64,000 nucleotides of DNA from an uncultured Gemmatimonadaceae bacterium (GTDB lineage: Bacteria > Gemmatimonadota > Gemmatimonadetes > Gemmatimonadales > Gemmatimonadaceae), in the NCBI GenBank assembly GCA_963761305.1, contig CAVXGK010000002.1, positions 1,760,001 to 1,824,000 of the forward strand, given 5' to 3'. A program made the position numbers and the translations under genes. Positions 31,703 through 43,158 of this stretch are shown in pieces. The notes under the pieces are model-generated. The model searched no databases and had not been told where the DNA came from. It saw nothing but the letters and a program-made list of their open reading frames with translations. Position 1 is the first letter of the stretch, and the number at the start of each line of letters is the position of its first letter.

Positions 31703-33253
31703 TCAGTCGCCCGCGGCTTCCACCGGCTGCGAGCCGACGCGCGAGTGGCTCATGCTGTAGAAGAAATAGATGAAGAGACCGATCACCATCCACACAACCA
31801 GGCGCAGCCACGTGTCCGCGGGAAGGCTGTACATCATGTACGCGCAGATGGCGATGCCCAGAATGGGAACGAGCGGCACCATTGGCGTCCGGAACGGACG
31901 TGGAAGGTTGGGACGCTGGTATCGCAGCACCATGATGCCGAAGCAAACGATGACGAAGGCCAGCAGCGTGCCGATCGAGACGAGCTGTCCCAGCAGGTCG
32001 ATCGGGAAGAAGCCGGCGACCAGAGCCGCCACGATGCCCGTCACGATGGTCGTGACGTAGGGCGTCTGGAACTTCGGATGCACTTTGCCGAACACGGCCG
32101 GCAACAGGCCGTCGCGGCTCATCGAGAAGAAGATGCGCGGCTGGCCCATGAGCATCACGAGCACGACCGAAGCGAGGCCGAGGATGGCGCCGATGTTGAT
32201 GAAGTACGTCAGCCACTTGAGCGCGGGGCCGGCGGCGGCGATCGCGACGTACACTGGCTGCGGCACGTTCAAGTTCTTGTAGCTGGTCAGGCCGGTCATG
32301 ACCAACGCCATCAGGATGTAGAGGACCGTGCAGATCGCCAGCGATGAGAGAATGCCGATCGGCATGTCTTTCTGCGGATTGCGCGCTTCCTGTGCCGCGG
32401 TCGATACCGCGTCGAATCCTATGTACGCAAAGAACACCACCGCCGCGCCGCGAATGATGCCACTGAAGCCGAAGTGGCCAAACTCGCCGGTGTTCGCCGG
32501 AATGAACGGATGCCAGTTGGCCGAGTTCACATAGACGAACCCGAATCCGATCACGAGGATCACGATCGCGACCTTGATGAACACGATCACGTTGTTGAAG
32601 CTCGCCGACTCCTTGATCCCGATCACCAGCAGGGTCGACATCATCCCGACGAGCAGGATCGCCGGAAGATTGATGATCCCCGGCTGAAGGACCGAGCCCG
32701 CGGCGCAGGCTCCGTTCGCGGCCGCCGTCGCGGCGCCGGCTGGGTCGATGCACATCAGATTTCGCACGAGCGTGTGCGTACCGACGACGCCCAGCGGAGC
32801 CTGGGTCCACGCGGCGGAGACGTGAATCCCGAGGTTGTCGCGCAAGAACGCGACGAGGTAACCGGACCAACCCACTGCGACCGTCGCCGCGCCGAACAGG
32901 TATTCGAGGATCAAGTCCCACCCGATGATCCAGGCGACGAACTCGCCGAGCGTCGCGTACCCATATGTGTACGCGCTGCCGGCAATCGGAATCATCGACG
33001 CGAATTCGGCGTAGCAGAGACCGGCGAACAGACACCCCAATCCGGCGACGACGAACGACAGCACGATCGCGGGACCAGCGGTTTGCGCCGCCGCCGTGCC
33101 GGTCAGCACGAAGATGCCGGCGCCGATGATCGCACCGATGCCCAGCATCGTGAGGTTGAGAGCACCAAGCGCTCGCTTGAGCGTGACCTCCTGCCCTTCG
33201 GAGGCGGCCTCGGTCTGCAGCAGGCTGATGCTCTTCGTTGACCACAAGCCCAT
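31703..33253 (-). CDS. APC family amino acid permease
   Basis: GIGAIIGAGIF, CYAEFAS, GSAYTY, FFAYIGFDAV, multiple TM helices. Confidence 0.93.
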   Translation of the reverse strand: MGLWSTKSISLLQTEAASEGQEVTLKRALGALNLTMLGIGAIIGAGIFVLTGTAAAQTAGPAIVLSFVVAGLGCLFAGLCYAEFASMIPIAGSAYTYGYATLGEFVAWIIGWDLILEYLFGAATVAVGWSGYLVAFLRDNLGIHVSAAWTQAPLGVVGTHTLVRNLMCIDPAGAATAAANGACAAGSVLQPGIINLPAILLVGMMSTLLVIGIKESASFNNVIVFIKVAIVILVIGFGFVYVNSANWHPFIPANTGEFGHFGFSGIIRGAAVVFFAYIGFDAVSTAAQEARNPQKDMPIGILSSLAICTVLYILMALVMTGLTSYKNLNVPQPVYVAIAAAGPALKWLTYFINIGAILGLASVVLVMLMGQPRIFFSMSRDGLLPAVFGKVHPKFQTPYVTTIVTGIVAALVAGFFPIDLLGQLVSIGTLLAFVIVCFGIMVLRYQRPNLPRPFRTPMVPLVPILGIAICAYMMYSLPADTWLRLVVWMVIGLFIYFFYSMSHSRVGSQPVEAAGD

Positions 33254-33289
33254 TGAAGGTCTCCCGGGTCTGACCTACGGATCTGACAT

Positions 33290-33319
33290 AAAAGAGGCGG
33301 CACTGAAATCCGCGCCGCC
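33290..33319 (-). terminator. Terminator-like hairpin inside the permease 5' leader (possible attenuator)
   Basis: Minus strand GGCGGCGC-ggatttca-GTGCCGCC-TCTTTT, about 37 nt before the ATG. Confidence 0.55.
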
Positions 33320-33399
33320 AGCGAGCGAATATCCGTCGAGCTTGCTCAGCGCCGAGGTGGGGTGGCGCCGAGACCTACTGTATACCATTGGCTGCGCGC

Positions 33400-33428
33400 A
33401 ACTTGCCCCACATTAGAAACGTTGTCAA
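33400..33428 (-). promoter_or_regulatory. Sigma70-type promoter for the permease leader (TTGACA-N17-CAAGTT)
   Basis: Perfect -35, exact 17-nt spacer, and a -10 like others in this window. Confidence 0.6.
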
Positions 33429-33529
33429 GGAAACGAGTTCGATCCTGACACGCCTCTGACTTGCGCGCACTTCCCGCGTCCACGCTCAAGGCTTCGACGG
33501 AAGAACCCGCTCCGAGCGTCCGTCGTTCG

Positions 33530-35596
<2,067 letters not shown>

Positions 35597-35600
<4 letters not shown>

Positions 35601-35995
35601 AGCTTTTCTCCCGACCCACCGGGGTCCTTCGTGTCACGCGCGGGCGATGAGGCGGACTCCGTCGTCGACGCCGGCGGGCCCGGTGCGTTCGTCGGGCGAG
35701 TCGGGCTCACCAGCTCGCTCGCCATCGACTTGCCCGTTTCAACTGCGCTGTTGAGCACGTTCGCCGCGCGGTTCATGAAGCCGACCGTCTCGGCGATCGC
35801 CGTCGCGGAAACGCGCCCGGCGCGGAGCTGGTCTTCGATCGCTTCCGTGAACCGCGTGAACGTGCTGGCGTTCGGCGACGCGCGCTGGGCGTACTTCGAC
35901 TCCATGAACTCGACGTAGTCGAGAACCTGGTATCCGCGCTCGTCGGACAGCGTTTCGAGTTTTCTGAGGATTCGGTCGCGCAGGTGCTCGTTCAT
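35597..35995 (-). CDS. Hypothetical protein (DUF2281-like N-terminus)
   Basis: LETLSDE..QVLDYVEFM. Overlaps the ykvA-like start. Confidence 0.6.
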
Positions 35996-36038
35996 GGTCT
36001 CTCAAATCGGGCGCCGCGCGGGACGAACGTCAACCCCG

Positions 36039-37091
36039 TCAGCCTCTCCAGCGACTGCGGGTGCCGCGAGCGTCGATGTGCACGTACGGCGTGTTGTACC
36101 GCCCGCTGGTGTAGAGGCCGAGGCCGCCCACCAGGTCCGGGTGCTCCGCTTCGACTTCGTCGACGGCGCGCTCGACGAGGATTTCGTCGCGCACGGTGAT
36201 GCGCCCGTCGCCATCGGCGTCGATTGCAAGATCCGCGGCATCGCCGTACTCGTGCCGGCTGTCGGTCGCCGCCCGCCACACCCCGTTGTTGTGCGCCGGC
36301 GTGCGATAGCCGCTGTGCACGTCGAACGCGACGTCGGCCGGCTCGTCGTCCGAGCCGTCGGTGTTCGCCGACGACATGCGCGCGCGGGAACCGAGCTTCG
36401 CCAGCACCAACTCGAGCTTGTCGAGGAGCCGCGGGTTCAGCGCGACGTACTTCGGCCATACGCTGTCCTGCTGGTCGTGCGTGATGAAATCGCCGAGCCG
36501 CAGGTGTTCGCTCACCTTGAGATCCAAATCGTGGGGACCGACCTCGACGAACCCCGCGGGATGATCGTGCTGCGCGAGGCGCTCGGCGACGTAGGTGCCG
36601 ATCCGGTAGCCGTTGAGGACGCTGCCGACTTTGTGCGAGAACGGCACGAGCACGACGAGCGTCGGCTCGGGCAGAATTTGGCGCGACGCGCCGCGCTCGA
36701 TGGCGAGGTGATAGAACCCCGGATGCTGCGGCGCCGCGAAAGCCGCGCCGCTGAGCGGCAGGGGCAGATCCTCACCGACGGAGTCGCGATCGCGAATCCA
36801 TTCGTACGACAGCGACTCGATGTCGCCGCCCACCTGCACCGGAAATTCCACGCGTTGTCCAGGGAGGGCGATGCGCACTCGGACTTCGTGGCTGGCTCCG
36901 AACGCATTGAGGGAGGGCCCGGCCGTTACGCCTTCGCCCTCCCCCGCGATTGCCGCGAACGGCGCAGTCGGCGCCGGCGTCGGCTGATAGAACCCAGCCA
37001 CCCCCAGCCCGGCGACGATGATGACCGCGAATGCGCCCGCGCGCGAGCGATCGATGCTCGTGGCGAGCCAGCCGCCGCGGCCGAGTCTCAT
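36039..37091 (-). CDS. Peptidase M15 (D-Ala-D-Ala carboxypeptidase/DUF882-like) family protein
   Basis: SGYRTPAHN, SRHEYGDAAD, YVHIDARG. N-terminal TM/signal segment. Confidence 0.8.
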   Translation of the reverse strand: MRLGRGGWLATSIDRSRAGAFAVIIVAGLGVAGFYQPTPAPTAPFAAIAGEGEGVTAGPSLNAFGASHEVRVRIALPGQRVEFPVQVGGDIESLSYEWIRDRDSVGEDLPLPLSGAAFAAPQHPGFYHLAIERGASRQILPEPTLVVLVPFSHKVGSVLNGYRIGTYVAERLAQHDHPAGFVEVGPHDLDLKVSEHLRLGDFITHDQQDSVWPKYVALNPRLLDKLELVLAKLGSRARMSSANTDGSDDEPADVAFDVHSGYRTPAHNNGVWRAATDSRHEYGDAADLAIDADGDGRITVRDEILVERAVDEVEAEHPDLVGGLGLYTSGRYNTPYVHIDARGTRSRWRG

Positions 37092-38050
37092 TTCATGCCC
37101 CAGTGCGCGGAGAATCCCCGCACGTCGATGTGACAGAAGGGACCGTGACCGGACGTCGCGGCGTACACGCCCTCGCCGCCGACGAGCTCGGGATGCTCGC
37201 TCCCGACGCGCTCAGCCGCGTCGGCAATGATTTTCGAGTCCTTCCAATTCACCTTGCCGTCGTGATTCAGGTCGGACATGCGGCCCGACCCGTCGTTGTC
37301 GACGAATACGTCGGACGCGTCGCCATACATGTGGCGGCTCTGCTCCGCGCGGCCGCCGGTGCTGCCGCCGTTGGCGTTGTACCAGGGCGTCCGGAACCCG
37401 CTCATGACGGTCATGTGCTTCACCGGCACTCCTTCCTTCTGCAGTTCCTGCCACACAAGCTCGAGCTTGTCCACGAGCTTGTCGTTGAGCACCAGGTACT
37501 TCGGCCAGACGTTGGGTTGGTCGTGCGTGAGAAAGTCGCCGAGCGTGAAGTGGGCGGACACCTGGGTGTTCACGTTGGCTTGCGTGACTTCGATGAAGCC
37601 ATTCGGATTCGCGTACGCGGGCGACTTGACGGCGTGTTTCTCGGCCGGCCAGAAGCCGAGGCGGTACGCGCCGAGGGTCGAGCCGTGCTTCTCGGCGAAC
37701 GGATGCATCGTGATGAACGCAAATGGACGCGTGAGCGGTGCGACCGGATACATGCCCGGCTTGCTGAGGCTCGCGTCGCCGAACATCGAGGCGAACGCGG
37801 GCACCGCGGGCGTCTGTACGGCCGGCGAGACGAAGCGCGCGAAGAGCTGGCCGCTGATTCCACGGAGCGCGTCGGCGAAACGAGCGATCGGGCTCTTCGC
37901 GCCGGCGGCCTGGACGGAGTCGCCGCGCGTCGCCACCGCAACGGTGGCGGGACGTGCGTCAACGCGGTGAGGCGCCGCTGCAGCGAAGAACAAGCTCAGC
38001 ATGGCGCCCAGCGCATTAACCGTCGCGACAGAGCGAATTCGTTTCGACAT
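37088..38050 (-). CDS. Peptidase M15 (D-Ala-D-Ala carboxypeptidase/DUF882-like) family protein
   Basis: SGFRTPWYN, SRHMYGDASD, FCHIDVRG. Signal peptide. Paralog of the neighbouring gene. Confidence 0.8.
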   Translation of the reverse strand: MSKRIRSVATVNALGAMLSLFFAAAAPHRVDARPATVAVATRGDSVQAAGAKSPIARFADALRGISGQLFARFVSPAVQTPAVPAFASMFGDASLSKPGMYPVAPLTRPFAFITMHPFAEKHGSTLGAYRLGFWPAEKHAVKSPAYANPNGFIEVTQANVNTQVSAHFTLGDFLTHDQPNVWPKYLVLNDKLVDKLELVWQELQKEGVPVKHMTVMSGFRTPWYNANGGSTGGRAEQSRHMYGDASDVFVDNDGSGRMSDLNHDGKVNWKDSKIIADAAERVGSEHPELVGGEGVYAATSGHGPFCHIDVRGFSAHWGMK

Positions 38051-38248
38051 CGGCGAATTTTTGGCTGACCCGGGCGTGGTAGGAAACGCACCGCGAGCTT
38101 CAAGCGGCCCGGGCCATCATGAGCGGCGGACAACAAATGCAACAATAGGTGGCCGGAAGTCAACCCATTTGGAATCATTTCGTTCCGCGGAGGAGTCCGC
38201 GTGCAATAGATTTCCGGCTCCTCTTACCACTGCCTTTCGATTTGAACC

Positions 38249-39808
38249 GTGCCCAGCCGTAAGAACCCCCCGCCGGTGGCGCTGATCGTCCTCGACGGAT
38301 GGGGCTATCGTCGCGAGCGCGAGGGGAACGCAATCGCCCTCGCCAACACCCCGACCTGGAGCGCGCTTGTCGAGCGGTATCCGACCACGCTGCTCGAGGC
38401 ATCGGGGCGCGCCGTCGGCCTGCCCTCGGGCCAGATGGGCAACAGCGAGGTGGGCCATCTGAACCTCGGCGCCGGCCGGGTCGTGATGCAGGACCTCGTC
38501 CGCATCGGCGAGTCGATCCGCGACGGCTCGTTCTTCGAAGATCGGGCGTTCGTCGACGCGTGCGACTGCGCCGTCCGCGCGAACGGCACGGTCCACTTGA
38601 TGGGGCTCGTCGGAACCGGAGGCGTGCACGCGCTCTCCGCGCACCTCGTCGCGCTGGTCGATCTCTGCGCACGACGCGGCGTCCCGCGTGTGGCGATTCA
38701 CGCACTCCTCGACGGCCGCGACACGATGCCCCGCTCGTCCCTCGGCTTCATGCGCGATCTGCTCGCCACGGTGGACGGGCGGGCATCCGTCGCGAGCGTG
38801 GGCGGCCGCTACTTCGGCATGGATCGCGACAAGCGGTGGGACCGCATCGAGAAGTGGTACCGGGTCGCGGTCGACGGCGTCGGGCCGACCGGAGCCGATC
38901 CGCTGCGAGTGATCGCCGACGCGTACGAGCGAAACGAGAGCGACGAATTCATCATCCCCACGGTGATCGTCGGAAGCGACGGCCAACCCGTGGCGCCGAT
39001 GCGCGACGGCGATTCGGTCATCTGCTTCAACTTCCGCGCGGACCGCATGCGGCAGATGGTGCGCGCACTGGCCGACCCGTCGTTCGACGGGTTCGACGTC
39101 ACGGGCCGTCCACGCCTGCACGTCGCGACGATGACATCGTACGACCGGGCGTTCGACGTGCCGGTCGCCTTTCCGCCGCAGTCGATGGCGAACATCGTCG
39201 GCGAAGTGGTGTCCAAAGCCGGCATGCGAATGTTCCGTACGGCCGAGACCGAGAAGTACGCGCACGTGACCTACTTCTTCAACGGCGGCATCGAGACGCC
39301 GTTTCCGTGCGAGGACCGGCTCCTCGTTCCGAGTCAGAAGGTGGCGACGTACGATTTGATGCCCGAGATGAGCGCGCCCGGCGTGACCGACGTACTCTGC
39401 AATGCGATCGAAAAACGCGAACATGAGTTCATTCTTTGCAACTACGCGAACGGCGACATGGTGGGACACACCGGCTCGCTCCCGGCGACCATCGAGGCCG
39501 TCGAGACCGTCGACACGTGTCTCGCCCGCGTGCTCGAATCAGCCGAGCGAAGCGGCACGCGCCTTCTCGTCACCGCCGATCACGGCAACTGTGAGCTCAT
39601 GATCGATCCTGAAACCGGCGGGCCGCACACGGCCCACACCACCAGCCCAGTGCCGTTCATCATCGTCGACGACGAACGACAATCGCTTCCCCTCCGTTCG
39701 GGCGGCGCACTGTGCGACGTCGGACCCACGTTGCTCGCGCTGCTCGGGCTCGAACAACCGTCGGAAATGACCGGCGTCGATCTGCGCCAGGGAGCGCACG
39801 CGCAATGA
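38249..39808 (+). CDS. gpmI: 2,3-bisphosphoglycerate-independent phosphoglycerate mutase
   Basis: LDGWG, GQMGNSEVGH, NFRADR, AETEKYAHVT, DMVGHTG, TADHGN. Confidence 0.97.
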   Translation: MPSRKNPPPVALIVLDGWGYRREREGNAIALANTPTWSALVERYPTTLLEASGRAVGLPSGQMGNSEVGHLNLGAGRVVMQDLVRIGESIRDGSFFEDRAFVDACDCAVRANGTVHLMGLVGTGGVHALSAHLVALVDLCARRGVPRVAIHALLDGRDTMPRSSLGFMRDLLATVDGRASVASVGGRYFGMDRDKRWDRIEKWYRVAVDGVGPTGADPLRVIADAYERNESDEFIIPTVIVGSDGQPVAPMRDGDSVICFNFRADRMRQMVRALADPSFDGFDVTGRPRLHVATMTSYDRAFDVPVAFPPQSMANIVGEVVSKAGMRMFRTAETEKYAHVTYFFNGGIETPFPCEDRLLVPSQKVATYDLMPEMSAPGVTDVLCNAIEKREHEFILCNYANGDMVGHTGSLPATIEAVETVDTCLARVLESAERSGTRLLVTADHGNCELMIDPETGGPHTAHTTSPVPFIIVDDERQSLPLRSGGALCDVGPTLLALLGLEQPSEMTGVDLRQGAHAQ

Positions 39809-40518
39809 ACCGTCTCCGAACGACATTCACGTTGCTGGCATCGATCGCCGCGATCGCGATCGGCGCGGGACAACTCGCGGCCCAGGGCACGCAGGTCGGC
39901 TATCCACCCGCGAAGAGCCCCTACGTCGACCTGCCGTTCTCGCAGGAATTCACGCTCCTCGGAGGACAGTACTTCGCGCACCGCGACATCGCCGACGTCG
40001 GTCCGCAGAGCGGAATGCTCACCGGCGTTCACTACGAGTGGCGCGCCGGCGGACCGGCACACCTCACCGGCGAGTTCGCGTACATCTCGAGCGACCGCCG
40101 GTTGATCAATCCACTCAAATCAGAGCCTGGCCGCGAGCTTGGCCAGACCGCTCGTCCGCTCTACACAGCCGACGTCGGACTCGGTCTGAGTCTCACCGGC
40201 GAAAAGAGCTGGCACCGGCTCGTGCCGGAGGTCGGCGGCGGTGTCGGCTTGATCTCGGATCTACGCTCGCAGCCCGATTCCGGGGGATTTCTCTTCGGGA
40301 CGCGATTCGCGTTCAACGTCAGTGCGGGCGTTCGCTACCTGGCCGGCGGAAAGTGGCAGATCCGTGCCGACATCAAGGATCGCCTCTACACCATCTCGTA
40401 TCCGCAGACGTTCTTCACCGCGCCGACCGGTGGGACGGCGGTGGTGACCGCGGACGCGGCGAAGTCGTACTGGCTGAACAATCCGGCGCTCACGCTGGGT
40501 CTGTCGTACCTGTTCTGA
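39805..40518 (+). CDS. Probable outer-membrane beta-barrel hypothetical protein
   Basis: Signal peptide (..LAAQ), amphipathic strands, terminal GLSYLF. Confidence 0.65.
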   Translation: MNRLRTTFTLLASIAAIAIGAGQLAAQGTQVGYPPAKSPYVDLPFSQEFTLLGGQYFAHRDIADVGPQSGMLTGVHYEWRAGGPAHLTGEFAYISSDRRLINPLKSEPGRELGQTARPLYTADVGLGLSLTGEKSWHRLVPEVGGGVGLISDLRSQPDSGGFLFGTRFAFNVSAGVRYLAGGKWQIRADIKDRLYTISYPQTFFTAPTGGTAVVTADAAKSYWLNNPALTLGLSYLF

Positions 40519-40535
40519 CCGGCGCAGCTTCACGC

Positions 40536-40952
40536 GTGCCGACTTTTCTCACCCGCCGCGTCACGTTCGCCGCCGCGCACCGCTATCGGCGTCCCGACTG
40601 GTCTGACGAGGAAAACGCGCGCGTGTTCGGCTTGTGCGCGCGCGAGAACTATCACGGCCACAGCTACGTGTGCGAGGTCACCGTGACCGGCGGCGTGAAT
40701 CCGGAGACGGGGATGCTGATCGATCTCGCGCTGCTCGACCGCGTGCTCGACGCCGAGGTGCGCACGCGCTTCGACCACCGCAACGTGAATCTCGACGTTC
40801 CGGAGTTCGCGGACGGCAAACGCATCCCGACCGGCGAGGAGCTCGCGCGCTTCATCCACGAGCGCGTGCAGTCCGCGCTCGACCCGGTTCGCGTCGTCGA
40901 GGTGTCGATCGCCGAAGATCGGACGCTGCGCGCGAGCTATCGCCCCGACTAG
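40536..40952 (+). CDS. queD: 6-carboxytetrahydropterin synthase (QueD/PTPS)
   Basis: FAAAHRY, C..HGHSY, GMLIDL, FDHRNVN, PTGEELA. Confidence 0.88.
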   Translation: MPTFLTRRVTFAAAHRYRRPDWSDEENARVFGLCARENYHGHSYVCEVTVTGGVNPETGMLIDLALLDRVLDAEVRTRFDHRNVNLDVPEFADGKRIPTGEELARFIHERVQSALDPVRVVEVSIAEDRTLRASYRPD

Positions 40953-40953
40953 C

Positions 40954-41562
40954 GTGGCACACGTGACGGGCGCGATCGTCGCCGGCGGGGCCAGCGAGCG
41001 ATTCGGCGGCGAACCGAAGGGACTGCGACTGGTCGGCGGCGTACGCATCCTCGACCGCGTCGCGTCCGCGCTGCGCACCGTGACGTCCGACCTCGTCATG
41101 ATCGCCAACGCGCCGGACGCTGAGCGATGGCTCGCGGGCGTTCCCGTCCGCCGAGACACGCGTCGCGAGCGCGGGAGCGTCGTCGGCATTCACACCGCCA
41201 TCTTGGACGCAGCGGCCGGAGATGTCGTGCTCGTGGTCGCGTGGGATATGCCGTTCGTGAGCGCTGATCTGCTGGCCTTTCTCGTGGCACGCGCGCGCGA
41301 GGCCGGGACCGCCGTGATCCCTGACGGACCGAGCGGCCCAGAACCGTTTTGCGCCGCGTACACGCCCGAGTGCCTTCCCGACATCGAGCGCGCGATCGAC
41401 CGCGGCGAGTTCCGAATGTCGAGCGTCGTGGCCGGCTTGGCGAACGCGAGCCGGGTGAGCGTCGCCGAGGTGAGCCGCTTCGGCGATCCGTCGCGCTTGT
41501 TTTTCAACGTGAACAGCGTGGCGGATCTCGAGAAGGCGGAACGCATGCTGGCCGCCGTGTGA
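40954..41562 (+). CDS. mobA: Molybdenum cofactor guanylyltransferase
   Basis: VAGGASERFGG.PK, WDMPF, EPFCAAY, FFNVNS. Confidence 0.88.
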   Translation: MAHVTGAIVAGGASERFGGEPKGLRLVGGVRILDRVASALRTVTSDLVMIANAPDAERWLAGVPVRRDTRRERGSVVGIHTAILDAAAGDVVLVVAWDMPFVSADLLAFLVARAREAGTAVIPDGPSGPEPFCAAYTPECLPDIERAIDRGEFRMSSVVAGLANASRVSVAEVSRFGDPSRLFFNVNSVADLEKAERMLAAV

Positions 41563-41657
41563 TTCCAGACGACGTGCGGCGCCTCGCCGTCCGCCGGCGC
41601 GACCGCATATTCTTCAACGGTTCTTCCCGCCGACCCTCGCTCGCCGGAGCCTCCGCG

Positions 41658-43151
41658 TTGACGTCATTCGTTCCCCGTTCCCGGGCCGCCGCGCTTGCCG
41701 CCGCGCTTGCCGTGACCGCCGCCTGTCGCGGACCGGTGGCGAGCGTCGCTCCGGCGTCGATCAGCTTCGGGCGCGACCCGGCGCTCCGCGCCTTCGTCGA
41801 CTCGCTCACCGACACGCCGGAGTTCTCGAACGCGCATTGGGGAATTCTGATCGTCGATCCGGCGTCCGGCGACACGCTCTATTCGCGGAACGCCGGCAAG
41901 CTGTTCATGCCGGCCTCGAACATGAAGATCCTGACGAGCGCCACCGCGCTCACGCAGCTCGGCCCGGAGTATCGCTATCGCACGTCGTTCCTGGCGCGCG
42001 GCACCGTCGCCGATGGCACGCTCAACGGCGATCTACTGGTGATCGGGCGCGGCGACCCGTCGGTGAGCGACCACATGCTGCACGACGCGATGCTCCCGCT
42101 CCACGCCATCGCCGATTCGATCGCGGCGCGCGGCATCCGGCACGTGACCGGCCGCGTGCTGCCGGTCGGCGACGCGTTTCCCGGCGAAGTCTTCGGCTTC
42201 GGGTGGACCTACGACGATTTCGAGGACTCCTACTCGGCGCCGGTCGACGAGCTTCTGTTCAATGAAGGATTCAGCGAGCTGCACGTCCGCGGCGGCGACG
42301 CGCCGGGCGCGCCGGTCCGCGTGGACGTCGGACCGGCGCGCTCGTTCCCCCGCGTGAGAAACCTTGCGACGACGGTCGCGGCGTCGGGCGACAGCGCCCG
42401 TCGTCGCGCAAACACGCTTCGCGTGAGAAAAGACAGCACCACCTGGGACGTGATCCTCGAGGGTCAGCTCGCCGTACGCGACACGACGACGATCGAAGTG
42501 ACGCACCACGACCCCGACGCCGCATACGTGGCGGCCGTGCGCGAGGCGCTGTCCGACAAGGGCATCACCGTCGACGGCGGCTGGACCGACAGCACCGCGT
42601 CGGCCGACACGCTCACCACGCTCACGTCCCCCCCGCTCAGCGAGATCCTCAAGGCGCTCATGAAGCCGTCGCAGAATCAGATCGCCGAGATGTTGTTCCG
42701 CACCATCGCGATCGGAAAGCCGGCCGACAGCGCCCGCGTGGCCGTCGGCCGGCAGATCGCCACCTGGGGTGTCGCGGTGCCGTCGGAAGCGGTGATTCGC
42801 GACGGCAGCGGCTTGGCGCGCTACGACTACATCTCGCCGCGAACCGTCGTGCGGATTCTCGACGCGATGCGAACATCGCCCAACTTCCAGGTGTTCTACG
42901 ACGCGCTGCCGATCGGCGGCGTCGACGGCACGATTCGAAATCGCATGAAAGGCACGCCCGCCGAAGGCAACGTCCACGCGAAGACCGGCTCCGTCGCGCA
43001 GTCGCGATCGTTGTCCGGCTACGTGACGACGGCCGATCAACACATGCTCATCTTCAGCTTCCTGTCCAACAACTGGACCGTGCCCGTGCGCTCGGTCGAG
43101 CACGTGCAGGACGCGATTGCCGCGCGCCTCGCCGGCATGCGCCTCCACTAG
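41658..43151 (+). CDS. dacB: D-Ala-D-Ala carboxypeptidase/endopeptidase (PBP4, S13), probable lipoprotein
   Basis: PASNMK (SxxK), GRGDP, SQN (SxN), DGSGL, KTG. Lipobox-like TAAC. Start uncertain (TTG 41658 or GTG 41559). Confidence 0.9.
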   Translation: MTSFVPRSRAAALAAALAVTAACRGPVASVAPASISFGRDPALRAFVDSLTDTPEFSNAHWGILIVDPASGDTLYSRNAGKLFMPASNMKILTSATALTQLGPEYRYRTSFLARGTVADGTLNGDLLVIGRGDPSVSDHMLHDAMLPLHAIADSIAARGIRHVTGRVLPVGDAFPGEVFGFGWTYDDFEDSYSAPVDELLFNEGFSELHVRGGDAPGAPVRVDVGPARSFPRVRNLATTVAASGDSARRRANTLRVRKDSTTWDVILEGQLAVRDTTTIEVTHHDPDAAYVAAVREALSDKGITVDGGWTDSTASADTLTTLTSPPLSEILKALMKPSQNQIAEMLFRTIAIGKPADSARVAVGRQIATWGVAVPSEAVIRDGSGLARYDYISPRTVVRILDAMRTSPNFQVFYDALPIGGVDGTIRNRMKGTPAEGNVHAKTGSVAQSRSLSGYVTTADQHMLIFSFLSNNWTVPVRSVEHVQDAIAARLAGMRLH

Positions 43152-43158
43152 GCGTCTC

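Noticed and set aside
33423..33450. tRNA suggested by a GTTCGATCC T-loop-like motif
   Set aside because: No cloverleaf, acceptor stem or anticodon arm can be built around it.
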